Shown: positions 9,539 through 20,505, counted from the whole stretch's first letter. The stretch: DNA of 63,108 nt, filler included, from Pseudomonadota bacterium (GCA_043820105.1; 9 parts of 9 records of this genome joined end to end with filler, not necessarily neighbours in it); one strand, 5' to 3'. A program made the numbers and translations. The notes: generated by a model not told the origin, from the sequence alone.

Positions 9539-9667
9539 CAAACCCATCTTGCGCATAAATCTAAAAGCCATATAATACCTTCAATATAAATATAATTAAA
9601 GGATCAATTAATGGAAGTGGAAGCATTGAATAATAATGAAGTCAGGCAACTGGAACAATCAGACGGC
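9527..9667 (+). mobile_element. IS66-family element, left end (partial)
   Basis: GTAAGCGGCTAGCAAACCCATCTT resembles IS66 terminal IRs (GTAAGCG...AACCC..CTT); ORF MEVEALNNNE starts 9611 after AAAGGA; contig breaks here. Confidence 0.65.
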
Positions 9668-9767
9668 NNNNNNNNNNNNNNNNNNNNNNNNNNNNNNNNN
9701 NNNNNNNNNNNTTAATTAATTAANNNNNNNNNNNNNNNNNNNNNNNNNNNNNNNNNNNNNNNNNNNN
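9668..9767. other. Artificial contig linker (also 12948-13047, 15384-15483, 18241-18340, 20506-20605, 26411-26510, 36227-36326, 60554-60653)
   Basis: Ns flanking the TTAATTAATTAA six-frame stop, 100 nt each. Confidence 0.99.
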
Positions 9768-9896
9768 TAATCAATTTCTTCAATCATTTGTTCAATTGAT
9801 TTATTAACTTTCATTATATAGTGGTAAATCCATTTGTTTTATAAATCCTTTCTCTTTAGAACAAATTTAAATCAGAATTACTTGTTTATATTTATT

Positions 9897-10031
9897 TTAG
9901 TTTTCTGCTCTTGCGATCTGGTGATTGCACTTCTCACATCTTAGTACTTTGTATTTTGTGCCAGCAACTACTTGTTCTCTTATAAGTTTCATTTCTACTT
10001 TGCATTTCTTGCAATAATCATCCACGCCCAT
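9897..10031 (-). CDS. 44-aa zinc-ribbon protein (below the ORF-track cutoff)
   Basis: MGVDDYCKKCKVEMKLIREQVVAGTKYKVLRCEKCNHQIARAEN: two CxxC pairs. Confidence 0.7.
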   Translation of the reverse strand: MGVDDYCKKCKVEMKLIREQVVAGTKYKVLRCEKCNHQIARAEN

Positions 10032-10125
10032 CTTAATATATGCCTTTTGGCTTTACTACTATTTAATTCTTATCAAAAACCACCCTTTAATTGGCGGTTT
10101 TTTCCAGATTAGTCCTCCCACCCCA

Positions 10126-11553
10126 TTATAGATTAGTGGGATGATAATCTATCAAATTTAGAGCTTCTTTCATTATTTCTTCTGATTGAGCCTTTTTTGG
10201 AGCATCTGAAATAACCCTTAGCGCATTAGCTTCTGTTTTTGATGCTCTGAACCAAATAAATGAATTATCATCTAAAAAGACTTTTAGGCTTCCTGATTTT
10301 GTGTCTTTTATATTACATTGTTTTTTTCTGTAATAAGCTATTAATTTTTTCTTGATTTTAGCATATTCTGTTGATTTAATTTCGACTTTCTCTTTTATGT
10401 TATAAAATTCCGGAAGCTCTTTAACCAAATCTTCAAGTTTTTTGCATTTATTTGCAATTATTTTTAATAAGTAAATTAAGGTTAATATACCATCTCTGCA
10501 TCTTGAATCAGGTATAATCACTCCTGAACTGCTTCCTTCTCCACCAATTGGAGCGTTTAATTCATACATTTTGTCAACAACGTTTATTTCTCCAACTTGA
10601 GTTTCAATATATTTTGCATTGTATTTTTTTGCTATTTCTCTTACTACTAATGAAGTTGCGTCATTTATTGCAATAGTTTTGTTTTTTGAGTTTTTTAGTA
10701 TGTCATCTGCAATTAATGCTAACAAATGGTTTCCAGAAACCAAGCCTTTGGCTGTCATTACTTCTACCCTATCAGCATCGCAGTCAAAGCCAGCAGCAAA
10801 ATCATATTTTTTATCTCTTACTTCATTTGAAAGATACAATAAAGAATCTTCAGTAGGCTCTATAACCCTGTTAAAAATGCTGTGTTTCATATTGATTCCA
10901 TGAACTTGGATGTTAAGCTTTTCAAGAATCGGTTTGGCAATGATTCCAGTTCCTCCATTTGGGTCAATAATAACTTTTAATTTAGCGTTTTTTATCTTGT
11001 CTTTGTCTTCTTTTGAGATAAAGCTTAGAACATAATCAGAATATGCATTGTTTATTTCATTGTATTTTTTGAATATTTTTTTTATTATTACCTTTTTTGA
11101 ATCTTTATTTTTGTAAATATGTTTGCTGAGGAAATTTTCATCATTTAGCTTTTTTATTTTGTTATATGTTTTGATGACTTTTTCCATATCTTTTGTCCTT
11201 AAGACAGCTCCATCATTATCCAGAAATTTGAAACCATTCCAATAAGGCTCATTATGGGAAGCAGTTATTATTATTCCACCATCAGCTTTAAAATATCTAA
11301 CAGCAAATTCTGTTGTGGGTGTAGATGATATGCCAATGTCTATAATATCGCAGTCCAATGCTTCCATGACAGCATTTTTTAGTATGTCTTTAGAAGGTCT
11401 TGTATCTGTTCCAATAACTATATTTAATTTCTTATTTTTATATTTGCTTTTCAATAATGAAAGGTAAGAATAAGCATATCTAGCAGCAACTTTTTCACCT
11501 AAGCCATCATCATAAATACCCCTGATACCTGAAAAAGATTCTATGAGTTGCAT
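10126..11553 (-). CDS. Phosphoglucomutase/phosphomannomutase family protein
   Basis: SGIRG, ITASHN phosphoserine loop, FDCDADR metal loop, GGEGS, FRASKTE; archaeal-style CTTAAATA box about 25 nt before ATG. Confidence 0.93.
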   Translation of the reverse strand: MQLIESFSGIRGIYDDGLGEKVAARYAYSYLSLLKSKYKNKKLNIVIGTDTRPSKDILKNAVMEALDCDIIDIGISSTPTTEFAVRYFKADGGIIITASHNEPYWNGFKFLDNDGAVLRTKDMEKVIKTYNKIKKLNDENFLSKHIYKNKDSKKVIIKKIFKKYNEINNAYSDYVLSFISKEDKDKIKNAKLKVIIDPNGGTGIIAKPILEKLNIQVHGINMKHSIFNRVIEPTEDSLLYLSNEVRDKKYDFAAGFDCDADRVEVMTAKGLVSGNHLLALIADDILKNSKNKTIAINDATSLVVREIAKKYNAKYIETQVGEINVVDKMYELNAPIGGEGSSSGVIIPDSRCRDGILTLIYLLKIIANKCKKLEDLVKELPEFYNIKEKVEIKSTEYAKIKKKLIAYYRKKQCNIKDTKSGSLKVFLDDNSFIWFRASKTEANALRVISDAPKKAQSEEIMKEALNLIDYHPTNL

Positions 11554-11604
11554 ATGAATAGAAGTATTCTTAGGGTATTTAAGGTTTTTTATGAGAAATA
11601 CTTA

Positions 11605-12840
11605 CTACTCATATCTTAGAGCATCTACAGGCTTTAGTTTAGAAGCCTGATAAGCAGGAACAAATCCTGCAATTATTCCAATAATTACTGAAACTGAAAG
11701 TGCTATAATCATTGAATCTATTGAAACAAATGTTCCTCCTCTAATCATGCTTACTTCACCCATCAAAGCTGGCAATGCTCCAGAAAGTATTGTTCCAAAA
11801 ATAATCCCAAGAAAACCTCCAACAAGACCAATAAGTGCAGCATTGAGCAAGAAGATAGACATAATATCTTTGTTCCTTGCTCCTATGGCCTTCATTATGC
11901 CAATTTCTTTAGTTTTTTCAAGGACAGAAGTGAACATTGTATTTGCTACGCCAACAGCCCCCACAATTAATGAGACAGCTGCAATAGCTATTAAGAAAGC
12001 ATTCATTGACGACATCATTTCTGATCTTGTTTCCGTCATCTGCTTGTTTGAGCTTATTGAAAAGTCCTTGTTTTTTTCAGTAACATGCCTTACCATCATT
12101 AGTTTTGTTTCAATTTTCTCAATAGTTTCATCCAATTTGTCTTCATCCCTAACTTTTATAACGATGGAGTCATAGACTCCATTTTCTTTGTCATCAAGCA
12201 TCTGATAAGCCATCTGTATCGGCATATAGATATTAGTGCTTGTATCATCAAGTACTCCAACAACCCTAAAAACATTTTCTTCTATTGTAATCATTTGATT
12301 AATGCCTATTGGCTTGTCAAAGTATGACTCAGCCAGCCTTCCGCCAATCACAACAACATTCTGGTCAGCAGAATCAAGCATTCTGCCTTCTTTTATTTTA
12401 GAGGTTGTTATCCTAGCCCATACTTTTTGGTCAACTCCGGTCAATGAGACAGAGCCAGATTTTCCTAGATAGGATATTTTGACATTACCTTTAATGTTAG
12501 TATCGATGATTGCAATATCGGGTATCCCCCTTAATGCCTGCAAATCAGTTCTGCCAAGAACAATTTCCTTATCAGTTGCGGTGGCACCACTTGTTCCACC
12601 ATCCCTTCCCCTCATCACAAATATACTGGAACCTCTTGAAGAGCCAGCGCTAAGTGTTAGAATATCTCCTCCTAAACCCCCTAACTGTTGAGTCACTGTG
12701 TCCTGCATGCCACCACCTATAGACATGATTGCTACAACTGAAGCAACGCCTATCACTATTCCAAGTATAGTCAGCCAACTTCTAATCTTGCTGTGCAGAA
12801 CCATTCCAAATGCGTGCTTAAAGCATTTACTTAGTTTCAT
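11605..12840 (-). CDS. MacB/FtsX-like ABC transporter permease
   Basis: RSWLTILGIVIGVASVV, ANTMFTSVLEKTKEIGIMKAIGA, PAYQASKLKPVDALRYE. Confidence 0.95.
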   Translation of the reverse strand: MKLSKCFKHAFGMVLHSKIRSWLTILGIVIGVASVVAIMSIGGGMQDTVTQQLGGLGGDILTLSAGSSRGSSIFVMRGRDGGTSGATATDKEIVLGRTDLQALRGIPDIAIIDTNIKGNVKISYLGKSGSVSLTGVDQKVWARITTSKIKEGRMLDSADQNVVVIGGRLAESYFDKPIGINQMITIEENVFRVVGVLDDTSTNIYMPIQMAYQMLDDKENGVYDSIVIKVRDEDKLDETIEKIETKLMMVRHVTEKNKDFSISSNKQMTETRSEMMSSMNAFLIAIAAVSLIVGAVGVANTMFTSVLEKTKEIGIMKAIGARNKDIMSIFLLNAALIGLVGGFLGIIFGTILSGALPALMGEVSMIRGGTFVSIDSMIIALSVSVIIGIIAGFVPAYQASKLKPVDALRYE

Positions 12841-13047
12841 CTTTTTTTTAGATTTTTCTTTCTCCTGAATATCCTTTTAATATTGATGTTTTTCAAAAAA
12901 TCCTTAATTTTAAGGTTAGGATTTATTGATTTCTCTTTTCTATATTTNNNNNNNNNNNNNNNNNNNNNNNNNNNNNNNNNNNNNNNNNNNNTTAATTAAT
13001 TAANNNNNNNNNNNNNNNNNNNNNNNNNNNNNNNNNNNNNNNNNNNN

Positions 13048-13603
13048 CAGTGATTTTAGCTTTTTCAAGTGCTTTTGGGTCTTTTTTAAACTTGTCTAGC
13101 ATATTCAGAAGAGATTTCATGCTTGTAAAGGGCTTGCGAACATCGTGAGCTAACATTTGTGTAGTTTGGCCAATTGCTGCGAGTTTGGCGCGTTCATGAG
13201 CTAGTTTCATGAAATTTTCTTTTTGCTTTATATTTTTATTTAATTTAATTGCCATATTATTAAAAGCATTAGCCAATTTCCCAAATTCATCTGAGTTTTT
13301 AATTTCAATTTTATAATTAAAATCTTCATTTGAAATCCTATCAATTCCAAGCATTAGCTTTTTTATTGGGTTAATTATAAAGGGAAAAAGCAAGCCACAT
13401 ATAAAAAGAGATATAAAAAGAGAAAAACAGATGGTTATAGCTATTATATTTATTTTACTTATATTTAGAGAGTTAATTAAACTTGTCAAAATTATTATGG
13501 ATCCAACTATAATGACTGGTACCATGCCAACGAAAAGTAATGAGAAAAAGATCTTTTGAAAAAGAGAAAGGTTGTATATATATTTTTTAAGTATATTGTT
13601 CAT
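13048..13603 (-). CDS. HAMP sensor histidine kinase (3' partial)
   Basis: Two TM helices, HAMP (DEFGKLANAFNNM), H-box LAHDVRKPF; runs into linker. Confidence 0.9.
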
Positions 13604-13637
13604 AATATGACTCCCTTTACCAAAAAAAATCCAAATT

Positions 13638-14195
13638 TTATTGCTTATTCAGGCTGTATAAATATCCTGATTCTTTTAAAATTGGAACAAATATTTTTAA
13701 TAATGGATATCCAAATAAAATAATCCATGGAACAGAATCAAAAATCCAAAGTAATAGCATCTTAGAAAAGTCAGAAGCTGTAGTAAGTTCACCTAACAAA
13801 AATAGCAAAGACGATGAGATAAATCCTCCAATCAATTGAGGTATAAGAGCTACTAATATTGAGAATAATATAAAATCCTTTGTGCCTTTTAAGACCAAAT
13901 TTGGTCTTAGTTTTTTTAATATTAATAATGGCAAGCAACTTTGAATGAAGTTTGCTGGTGTAAATAAAATCACTGATTGGTAGCTTGAATCAGTGACGAA
14001 GTTTGAAAAAATTGGAAAAACTGTTCCAGCTATTACTCCAACCCAACCAAATAATATAGACCCAACAGCTTGAACAACAGCAGCTGGCCAAAAATAGTTG
14101 ATGTTGTGGAAAACAGGAAAAGAAATAAGACCCAGTGTAGCTAAAATAAAACCTAATATTGCTAATAAGGCAAAAATAAAAATTTTGTATACCAT
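13638..14195 (-). CDS. Multi-pass membrane protein, MASE1-like stand-alone sensor
   Basis: About 5-6 TM segments; YFWPAA and FGWVG motifs like MASE1; directly upstream of the kinase. Confidence 0.55.
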   Translation of the reverse strand: MVYKIFIFALLAILGFILATLGLISFPVFHNINYFWPAAVVQAVGSILFGWVGVIAGTVFPIFSNFVTDSSYQSVILFTPANFIQSCLPLLILKKLRPNLVLKGTKDFILFSILVALIPQLIGGFISSSLLFLLGELTTASDFSKMLLLWIFDSVPWIILFGYPLLKIFVPILKESGYLYSLNKQ

Positions 14196-14220
14196 TTTAT
14201 AATATGCTCCATCTTTTAAT

Positions 14221-15027
14221 TTATTGTCGAGAAACAGTAATTATATCAATTTCTTCATCCATCTTGAAATTTCCTGCAATTGTCTTGCAATTTGATTTTA
14301 TAAATTCCTCAATCCCTAAAAGTTGAGTTTTGGTAAAACTATCAATATCAATGGTTTCTTTTTTTAATTTTTCTTGGGAGCTTTTTTTATTAGGATGAAG
14401 CCAGCTTTCAACTGTAAAAAGCTTTAAAATATCAAAAAAATCATCAAATGATTCAGTGCCAAATGAAAATTTTATTGGAATAATCTCAGCCTTTAAATTC
14501 ATTTCATGCAAGTCAATAAGGATATCGTGGGTTGTAGTATCATAATTATAAAAGAATCTTTTATAGAAATCATAAGACTGACCTATTGGAGAAACCATAA
14601 TAATAGCCAATTTCCCAGTTTCAGATAGTAAATTTCTCATTTTAGTAATAAAAGCTTTTTGATTAGTTCTTTCAACAAGCCAGAAGACCTGGCTGCACAA
14701 GATGAAATCAAACTTATCGTTAATCTCAGTATCCTGAAAATTCAAGTTTATGAATTCAATTCCCAAATTTATGAATGTGTCTTTAACTTCTTTGATTGGT
14801 TCAACAACAGTTGTTTTTTTAAAATCTTTTAAAAATCTCAAAGTAAGATTCCCATCACCTGCACCTATATCAAGAAAATTGGATTTTTCTGGGATTAATG
14901 GAAAGATATGTTTTCTAATATTTTTTTCAACTAAATCTTTTTCATTAGTTGCATTTACATATTTTTCGTGCCACTTTTTATAAGTTTCGCTTGTAAAATT
15001 AATTGCTATGTTGTCTTTTTTGCACAT
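14221..15027 (-). CDS. Class I SAM-dependent methyltransferase
   Basis: FLDIGAGDG motif I, VVEP, KFDFILCSQV. Confidence 0.9.
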   Translation of the reverse strand: MCKKDNIAINFTSETYKKWHEKYVNATNEKDLVEKNIRKHIFPLIPEKSNFLDIGAGDGNLTLRFLKDFKKTTVVEPIKEVKDTFINLGIEFINLNFQDTEINDKFDFILCSQVFWLVERTNQKAFITKMRNLLSETGKLAIIMVSPIGQSYDFYKRFFYNYDTTTHDILIDLHEMNLKAEIIPIKFSFGTESFDDFFDILKLFTVESWLHPNKKSSQEKLKKETIDIDSFTKTQLLGIEEFIKSNCKTIAGNFKMDEEIDIITVSRQ

Positions 15028-15483
15028 TTATACACCTTTTTGTAATTAAGACAGAGTGAATCTGGTAAAAACGAGAAATGATTATTAGATTTATAAAGAA
15101 TTTGTTTCATTTTACCAACCCCAGAAGTTTGTAGATTTAGTATTTCTGTAAAAAATAATGTGGAAACACTAAGCCAGATCTTCAATAATGTCAAATGTTT
15201 TATGCAGAGCGTCTTTTGCTTAACGGTTCTGTCAAGGTCATTATCAAAAAAGGAAAAAATAACACACGATGCATAATGTTTTTCCTAATCATGTTTAAAT
15301 CTGTTTGTCTTAAAGGCTCAAAAGCCTAGAAATCAACTATGTAACTTGAATATGGCTTATTTTCGGTACAGAAATAGTCAGTTNNNNNNNNNNNNNNNNN
15401 NNNNNNNNNNNNNNNNNNNNNNNNNNNTTAATTAATTAANNNNNNNNNNNNNNNNNNNNNNNNNNNNNNNNNNNNNNNNNNNN

Positions 15484-16864
15484 GGCTTGTGTACTCCAAA
15501 TAAAACAGATTTACGTCATTTATTTCAATGAATTCAGGAGAATAATTGTTTATTATTATATTTAAATCAATTTGTCTGTTTTCTCCAAAAACAATTCCAT
15601 AATTTATGGCATTTTCTTGGGTTGTTTTCATTCCAATTACATGAATATTTAAGTCAGGCACAACGAAATTCAGGTCCTGATTTAAAACAAAATTCATTCC
15701 ATTAGAGTATTTTCCTCCTACTTCTAAATTTATTTCATGGTTTCCCGGCAGGCAGTATAAATTAAACTGCTTGTTTTTTATTTGAAAGTCTTTTCCTGTG
15801 AATGCTTCTTTGTTGTAAAAGCTTTTTTGAGGGCAAAAAGAATTTTGAATTGAAATAAATGGAGTTGAAATAATGTTAATATTCCTGCTTAATTCTTCTG
15901 GCATTCCTGTTCCTGTATCTTTTAGTACTATAAAGGTTTTTGCTTTCACTTTAGCTAACCTGTAATCAAAATGCTGGTAAACCCCTTCATAGTAAATCGC
16001 TCCTGAGTTCGGCAGAACAATAAAATCATCGTAATCCAACTCAAATTCAACTTCATCATTATTGTCAGTAAAATAACTGAAAAACGCTTCCTGTCCTGTA
16101 TAGCCTTCTTGGTTTGTTGCTGTAACCACAATCAGTTTTATTCCTTCACTTTGACAACTCAAACTTAATTCAGAGTTTGCGTCAGGAGTTTCCAATCCTG
16201 AACCAGTTGCAGAGACTTTAGGGCAGTCACTTGGATACTTCCAGTCAAATCCAGTTATATTGCTTTCTTGCGGGTCATGTGCTATTACTTTTAGTTCAGC
16301 AGATTTTTCTAATGGGTGGTCTATTCTTATTCCCCATCTGCTGATTGAATTTATGTCTGGAACCAAATTTGCATAGCTTGTGTTTACTGTAAAATTATAA
16401 TTGTAATTCATATCTATTGGAAAAGCTGCTTGTGGGTCATCTATTACCCCGCATTTTCCCCTTAAGTTTATTGGAAGAGTAATGTCTTGTCCTGCAGGAT
16501 AGTCTTTTGTTTTGAGTTTTGCAAAATAAATTGTTTCTGCTGAGCATCTCATTTGGTTTCCGTCAATGTCGCATTTTGGAGTGCTTGTTATTGGTCCGAA
16601 TTCTTCCATTAATGAATCTGCATAAAAGTGTGTTGTATCAAGTTTCAGCGCTATTCCATAGTTTTTGTCTGGGCTGGAAAAATCGCATTCCCTCCAGTCA
16701 GTGCCTGATAAAGGCCCAGTGTAATCCCAATTTAGTTTAATCCAATGCCAGTATTCTTGTGTTGGAACAGTTTCTTCTGTTGCAGTTATTTGCACGTTTG
16801 TTTCAAATGCACTGGCAGCAGATAAAACAAACAAGAATATTAAGGCAAGAATTATTTTTTTCAT
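15484..16864 (-). CDS. Large secreted/surface hypothetical protein (3' partial)
   Basis: MKKIILALIFLFVLSAASA signal peptide; beta-rich, PKD-like segment; runs into linker. Confidence 0.7.
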
Positions 16865-16932
16865 TCTTAATAATTAAGCATTAATTAAATTTAATTGTTT
16901 GTTTTAAAAAAAAGAAAAAGAATGGAAGGTTT

Positions 16933-18180
16933 TTACCTTCCGCATGTTGGTGCTGGTCCTTGGTTGAACATGTAGTCAACTAAATACACTAAATCTGCAA
17001 TGTTTATTTCATCTCCGAATAGTCCATCCACGTTTGCAACCCATAAAGGAACTGGTGTTGGCCCTTGGTTGAACATGTAGTCAACTAAGTACACCAAATC
17101 TGCTATGTTGATTTCCGGGCTTCCGCTTCCATCAATGTCTCCGCAGAATGCCTGTGGTTGCCCTTCAACTGTTAAGTGGATTGTTTTGGTTATTGGTGTG
17201 CCAAATTCTTCCACTATAAAAGGACCTATTTCAGCTCCAAACCCTGAACCTATTCTTTGATGGTACCCATCAGTATCTGTTACTGTAATGTTTAAGTCGT
17301 ATTCTCCTGGAGTGTATGCTATTGCATTCCAGTCAAAAGTTATTTCTCCCTGGTTTCCTTGAGTTAAGTTTACTCCGAATGCTCCGCTGTTTGGCTGTGT
17401 TGAATCTAATGCCTGTCCGTCAATCACTACTTCAAATGTTTCAGAGCTCTGGTATTCTGCTCCAGCTGCCAAAAACCAGTTAGGTTTTCCGCATAACAGG
17501 TCATCATCTGTCATTGTTAAAGTCATTGGAATTGTTTCCTGTCCTTCGGGAAGAGTGTAATCTTGCCTGTCTGTAGTGAAATCAATTAATGGAGAGTTCA
17601 GGTTTATCACTTCTGGGCGGACTTTTTGGTAGTCTAATTCATCCCAATTATTGTTTCCTAAATATTCATATAACCAGGTCAGTATGCCGCTATTATCAAA
17701 TGGTATTCCACTGTCGTGCATTAAAGGGAATTGCTGTCCTGTCTTGTGTCTTGTAGTGTATGTTTCTACAAAACAATAGTTTGTGTCTTTGCTCCAGTTA
17801 AAATCTTTTTCAACGTATTTTCCTATTCTCCAAGCCCATTCAGGAAAAGTTAAGCCTGAGAATCTTTGCACATCGTTTTGTGAAGCCCAAGTAGCTAAAT
17901 TCATGTCAATTTCTCCATCTGGATAATATTGTCTTACCCTTGAATTGCATGTTCCTGGTTCTTCTGTTATTATATCTCCCCCATAAAACCACATCAGATC
18001 TCCATTGTCATCCCATGAAGGGGTCATTTCTCCTGTGCACAAATTATAATTTAATCCTCTTGTTTCATCCATTTCAGTTTCTGTTGCTGGGATTCCTTTA
18101 GTTTTTTCTATTGAATTAAATGCTGTTATGGTTCCTGCAAAAAATAAAACGCTAATTAAAATCAAAATCTCTTTCTTCAT
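16933..18180 (-). CDS. Secreted protein with C-terminal dockerin-like domain
   Basis: Signal MKKEILILISVLFF after GGGGTGA RBS; duplicated EINIADLVYLVDYMFNQGP with GD/ANVDG Ca-loops. Confidence 0.8.
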   Translation of the reverse strand: MKKEILILISVLFFAGTITAFNSIEKTKGIPATETEMDETRGLNYNLCTGEMTPSWDDNGDLMWFYGGDIITEEPGTCNSRVRQYYPDGEIDMNLATWASQNDVQRFSGLTFPEWAWRIGKYVEKDFNWSKDTNYCFVETYTTRHKTGQQFPLMHDSGIPFDNSGILTWLYEYLGNNNWDELDYQKVRPEVINLNSPLIDFTTDRQDYTLPEGQETIPMTLTMTDDDLLCGKPNWFLAAGAEYQSSETFEVVIDGQALDSTQPNSGAFGVNLTQGNQGEITFDWNAIAYTPGEYDLNITVTDTDGYHQRIGSGFGAEIGPFIVEEFGTPITKTIHLTVEGQPQAFCGDIDGSGSPEINIADLVYLVDYMFNQGPTPVPLWVANVDGLFGDEINIADLVYLVDYMFNQGPAPTCGR

Positions 18181-18340
18181 TTTTTTATTCACCCCAAAGT
18201 AGTTACTTTCAAGTATAGTAGTGTTTAGCAATTTATTTAANNNNNNNNNNNNNNNNNNNNNNNNNNNNNNNNNNNNNNNNNNNNTTAATTAATTAANNNN
18301 NNNNNNNNNNNNNNNNNNNNNNNNNNNNNNNNNNNNNNNN

Positions 18341-19384
18341 AGGAGGACCTTCTTCTTTAGCTGGAACACTTTTTTTGAGAATGATATGGTGGATTTCCTA
18401 TGTCATGGAGAAGGAGAGAGAACAGTAATGCAGATTGCCATGTATTTAGATGGCAAGCTTTCCAAAAAGGAACTAAAAGGAGTTACTTATCAAGAACAAG
18501 GGAAGTTGGTTACAACTCCTCCACAAGAAATGATAGAAGACTTGGACGAAATACCTTTCCCTGATAGGTCAAAATTGGAAATTGACGACTATCATGAAAG
18601 ATATAATTTTAATTCCCGAAAGCCTTTTGCTACTATATTAACCAGCAGGGGATGTCCAATGAGTTGTACCTACTGTGCATCACCAGCGTTTTGGGGAAGA
18701 AAAGTCCGCAGAAGAAGCGTGGAAAATGTCTAGCAAGAAATAGTAGAAGTTCATCAGAAATATAAAGTTCGATATGTTGATTTTATTGATGATATATTTA
18801 CTCTGGACAGTAATTGGGTAAAAGAATTTTGCGAAAAATTAATAAAGGCAAAACTGAAAATTAAGTGGAGCTGTATTTCCGATCCAAAAGGGACTTCCTA
18901 TGAGATACTTTCTTTAATGAAAAAAGCAGGTTGTAATACCATAAAAATAGGATTACAGTCTGCTAGTCCGGAAGTATTGACCCGGGTAAAACGGTCACCA
19001 ATGTCGCCTCAAAGAACATTGGAATTGATCGCTAATGCTAAAAAGCTGGGATTTTTGGTTTATTTGGATTTTATCTTTGGTTTGCCTGGAGAAACCAGGG
19101 AATCTCTATCAAATAATATTGATTTCGCTTTGAAAGCTAATCCGACAATCGCTAAATTTTATAAACTGGCAGTACTGGAAGGAACAGAGTTATATAAGAT
19201 TAAAGATAGCAAATATCATAATTTGAAAGATAGTGACATAGAATATTTTTATCATGAGTCCTGGAAAAGATTTTATTTAAGGCCAGGTAAAGCAATAGAG
19301 ATATTCATATGGCTCATAAGGAATCCCATCAAATTTAAGTTGATATTCAATTATCTTGACATACTAATGAAGGTTAGGTCTTAG
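18341..19384 (+). pseudogene. B12-binding radical SAM protein, interrupted by an in-frame TAG (18731-18733); 5' partial
   Basis: GEGE, TSRGCPMSCTYC, then ENV*QEI...FIDDIFT continues in frame into MKKAGC...FIFGLPGET; apparent frameshift near 18365-18376. Confidence 0.8.
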
Positions 19385-19422
19385 TAAATGTCTAATTTAA
19401 TTAAAGGTATGCCATTATTATT

Positions 19423-20505
19423 ATGGAGAAGAAGGTAATAATTTTAGTCAATTCGCCTTATTTAGACATATATGGTGTAATGAATATAGGCGATAATTTT
19501 TCTTTTCCACTTGGAATTGGCTATATTGCTTCAATTTTAAGGCAGAACGGGTATCTCGTAAAAATATTTGAGCCTGAAATAGAAAAGCTTAATGAAGAAC
19601 AGATAAAAGAATATTTTATACAGGAAAAACCTGATGTTGTCGGCATATCATGTGCTACTCCTAATTTCAAAGGAGCGGTAAAGATTGCTCAGATTGTTAA
19701 GAATAATACATTTGCAACTATTGTTCTGGGTGGAATTCACGCATCTTCCGCTTCCGAGCAGATATTAAAAAATTACGATTTATTCAACTTTATCGTATAT
19801 GGAGAAGGCGAATACACCATGCTTGAGCTTTGTAACGCCTTGAAAGACAAAAAGCAACCATATAGTAATATAAAGGGTTTATATTATAAAGAAAATGGAA
19901 ATATCATTAGCACTCCACCAAGGCCTTATATTGAAAAACTTGATACATTACCTTTTCCTGCCCGTGAATTAGTTGACTTAAAAAACTATAGGCCGAATGT
20001 TCATTTGGATTTAGGTGTTCCTGGTGCTCACATAATAACAAGCCGGGGCTGTCCAGCAAGATGCACATTCTGCGCTTCCTTTAAGACACTTGGATATAAT
20101 TTCAGGATGCACAGTGCTGAATATGTGGTTAGTGAAATTGAAGAGGTTGTTAATAAATATGATATCAATTATATTATATTTGTTGATGATACTTTTACAA
20201 TAAATAAGAATAGAGCTAAAACAATTTGTCAGATGATACTTGACAAAAAGATTAAAATTAAGTGGTACTGCTTTTCGCGTGTTGACACAATTAATGAAGA
20301 ACTGGCAAAACTGATGAAACAAGCTGGCTGCTTCAGCATGTTATTTGGGATTGAATCCGGAAATACTGATATTTTAAGGAGGGTAAAAAAGGGCATTTCA
20401 AAGGAAAAAGCAGTTCAAACAATCCATATGACCAATAAAATGGGCTATAAGACCCTTGCTTCGTTTATTTTAGGCCTGCCTGGTGAAACAAGGGAGACAA
20501 TAAAA
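19423..20505 (+). CDS. B12-binding radical SAM protein (3' partial)
   Basis: PLGIGYIAS, GGIHAS, GEGE, TSRGCPARCTFC, FVDDTF, GIESG, GLPGET. Confidence 0.95.

Noticed and set aside
9668-9767. Repeated TTAATTAATTAA motif within N runs (8 copies)
   Set aside because: Artificial six-frame-stop contig linker; ORFs ending in X...LIN are artefacts of it
15225-15383. Possible IS end (GGTTCTGTCAAG) at the contig 3 edge
   Set aside because: Only a short resemblance to IS6-like IRs; no partner IR or transposase motif visible
16958-17109. About 47-bp DNA direct repeats as a DGR template/variable pair
   Set aside because: Explained by the duplicated dockerin segments in one ORF; differences are synonymous-type and no RT is present
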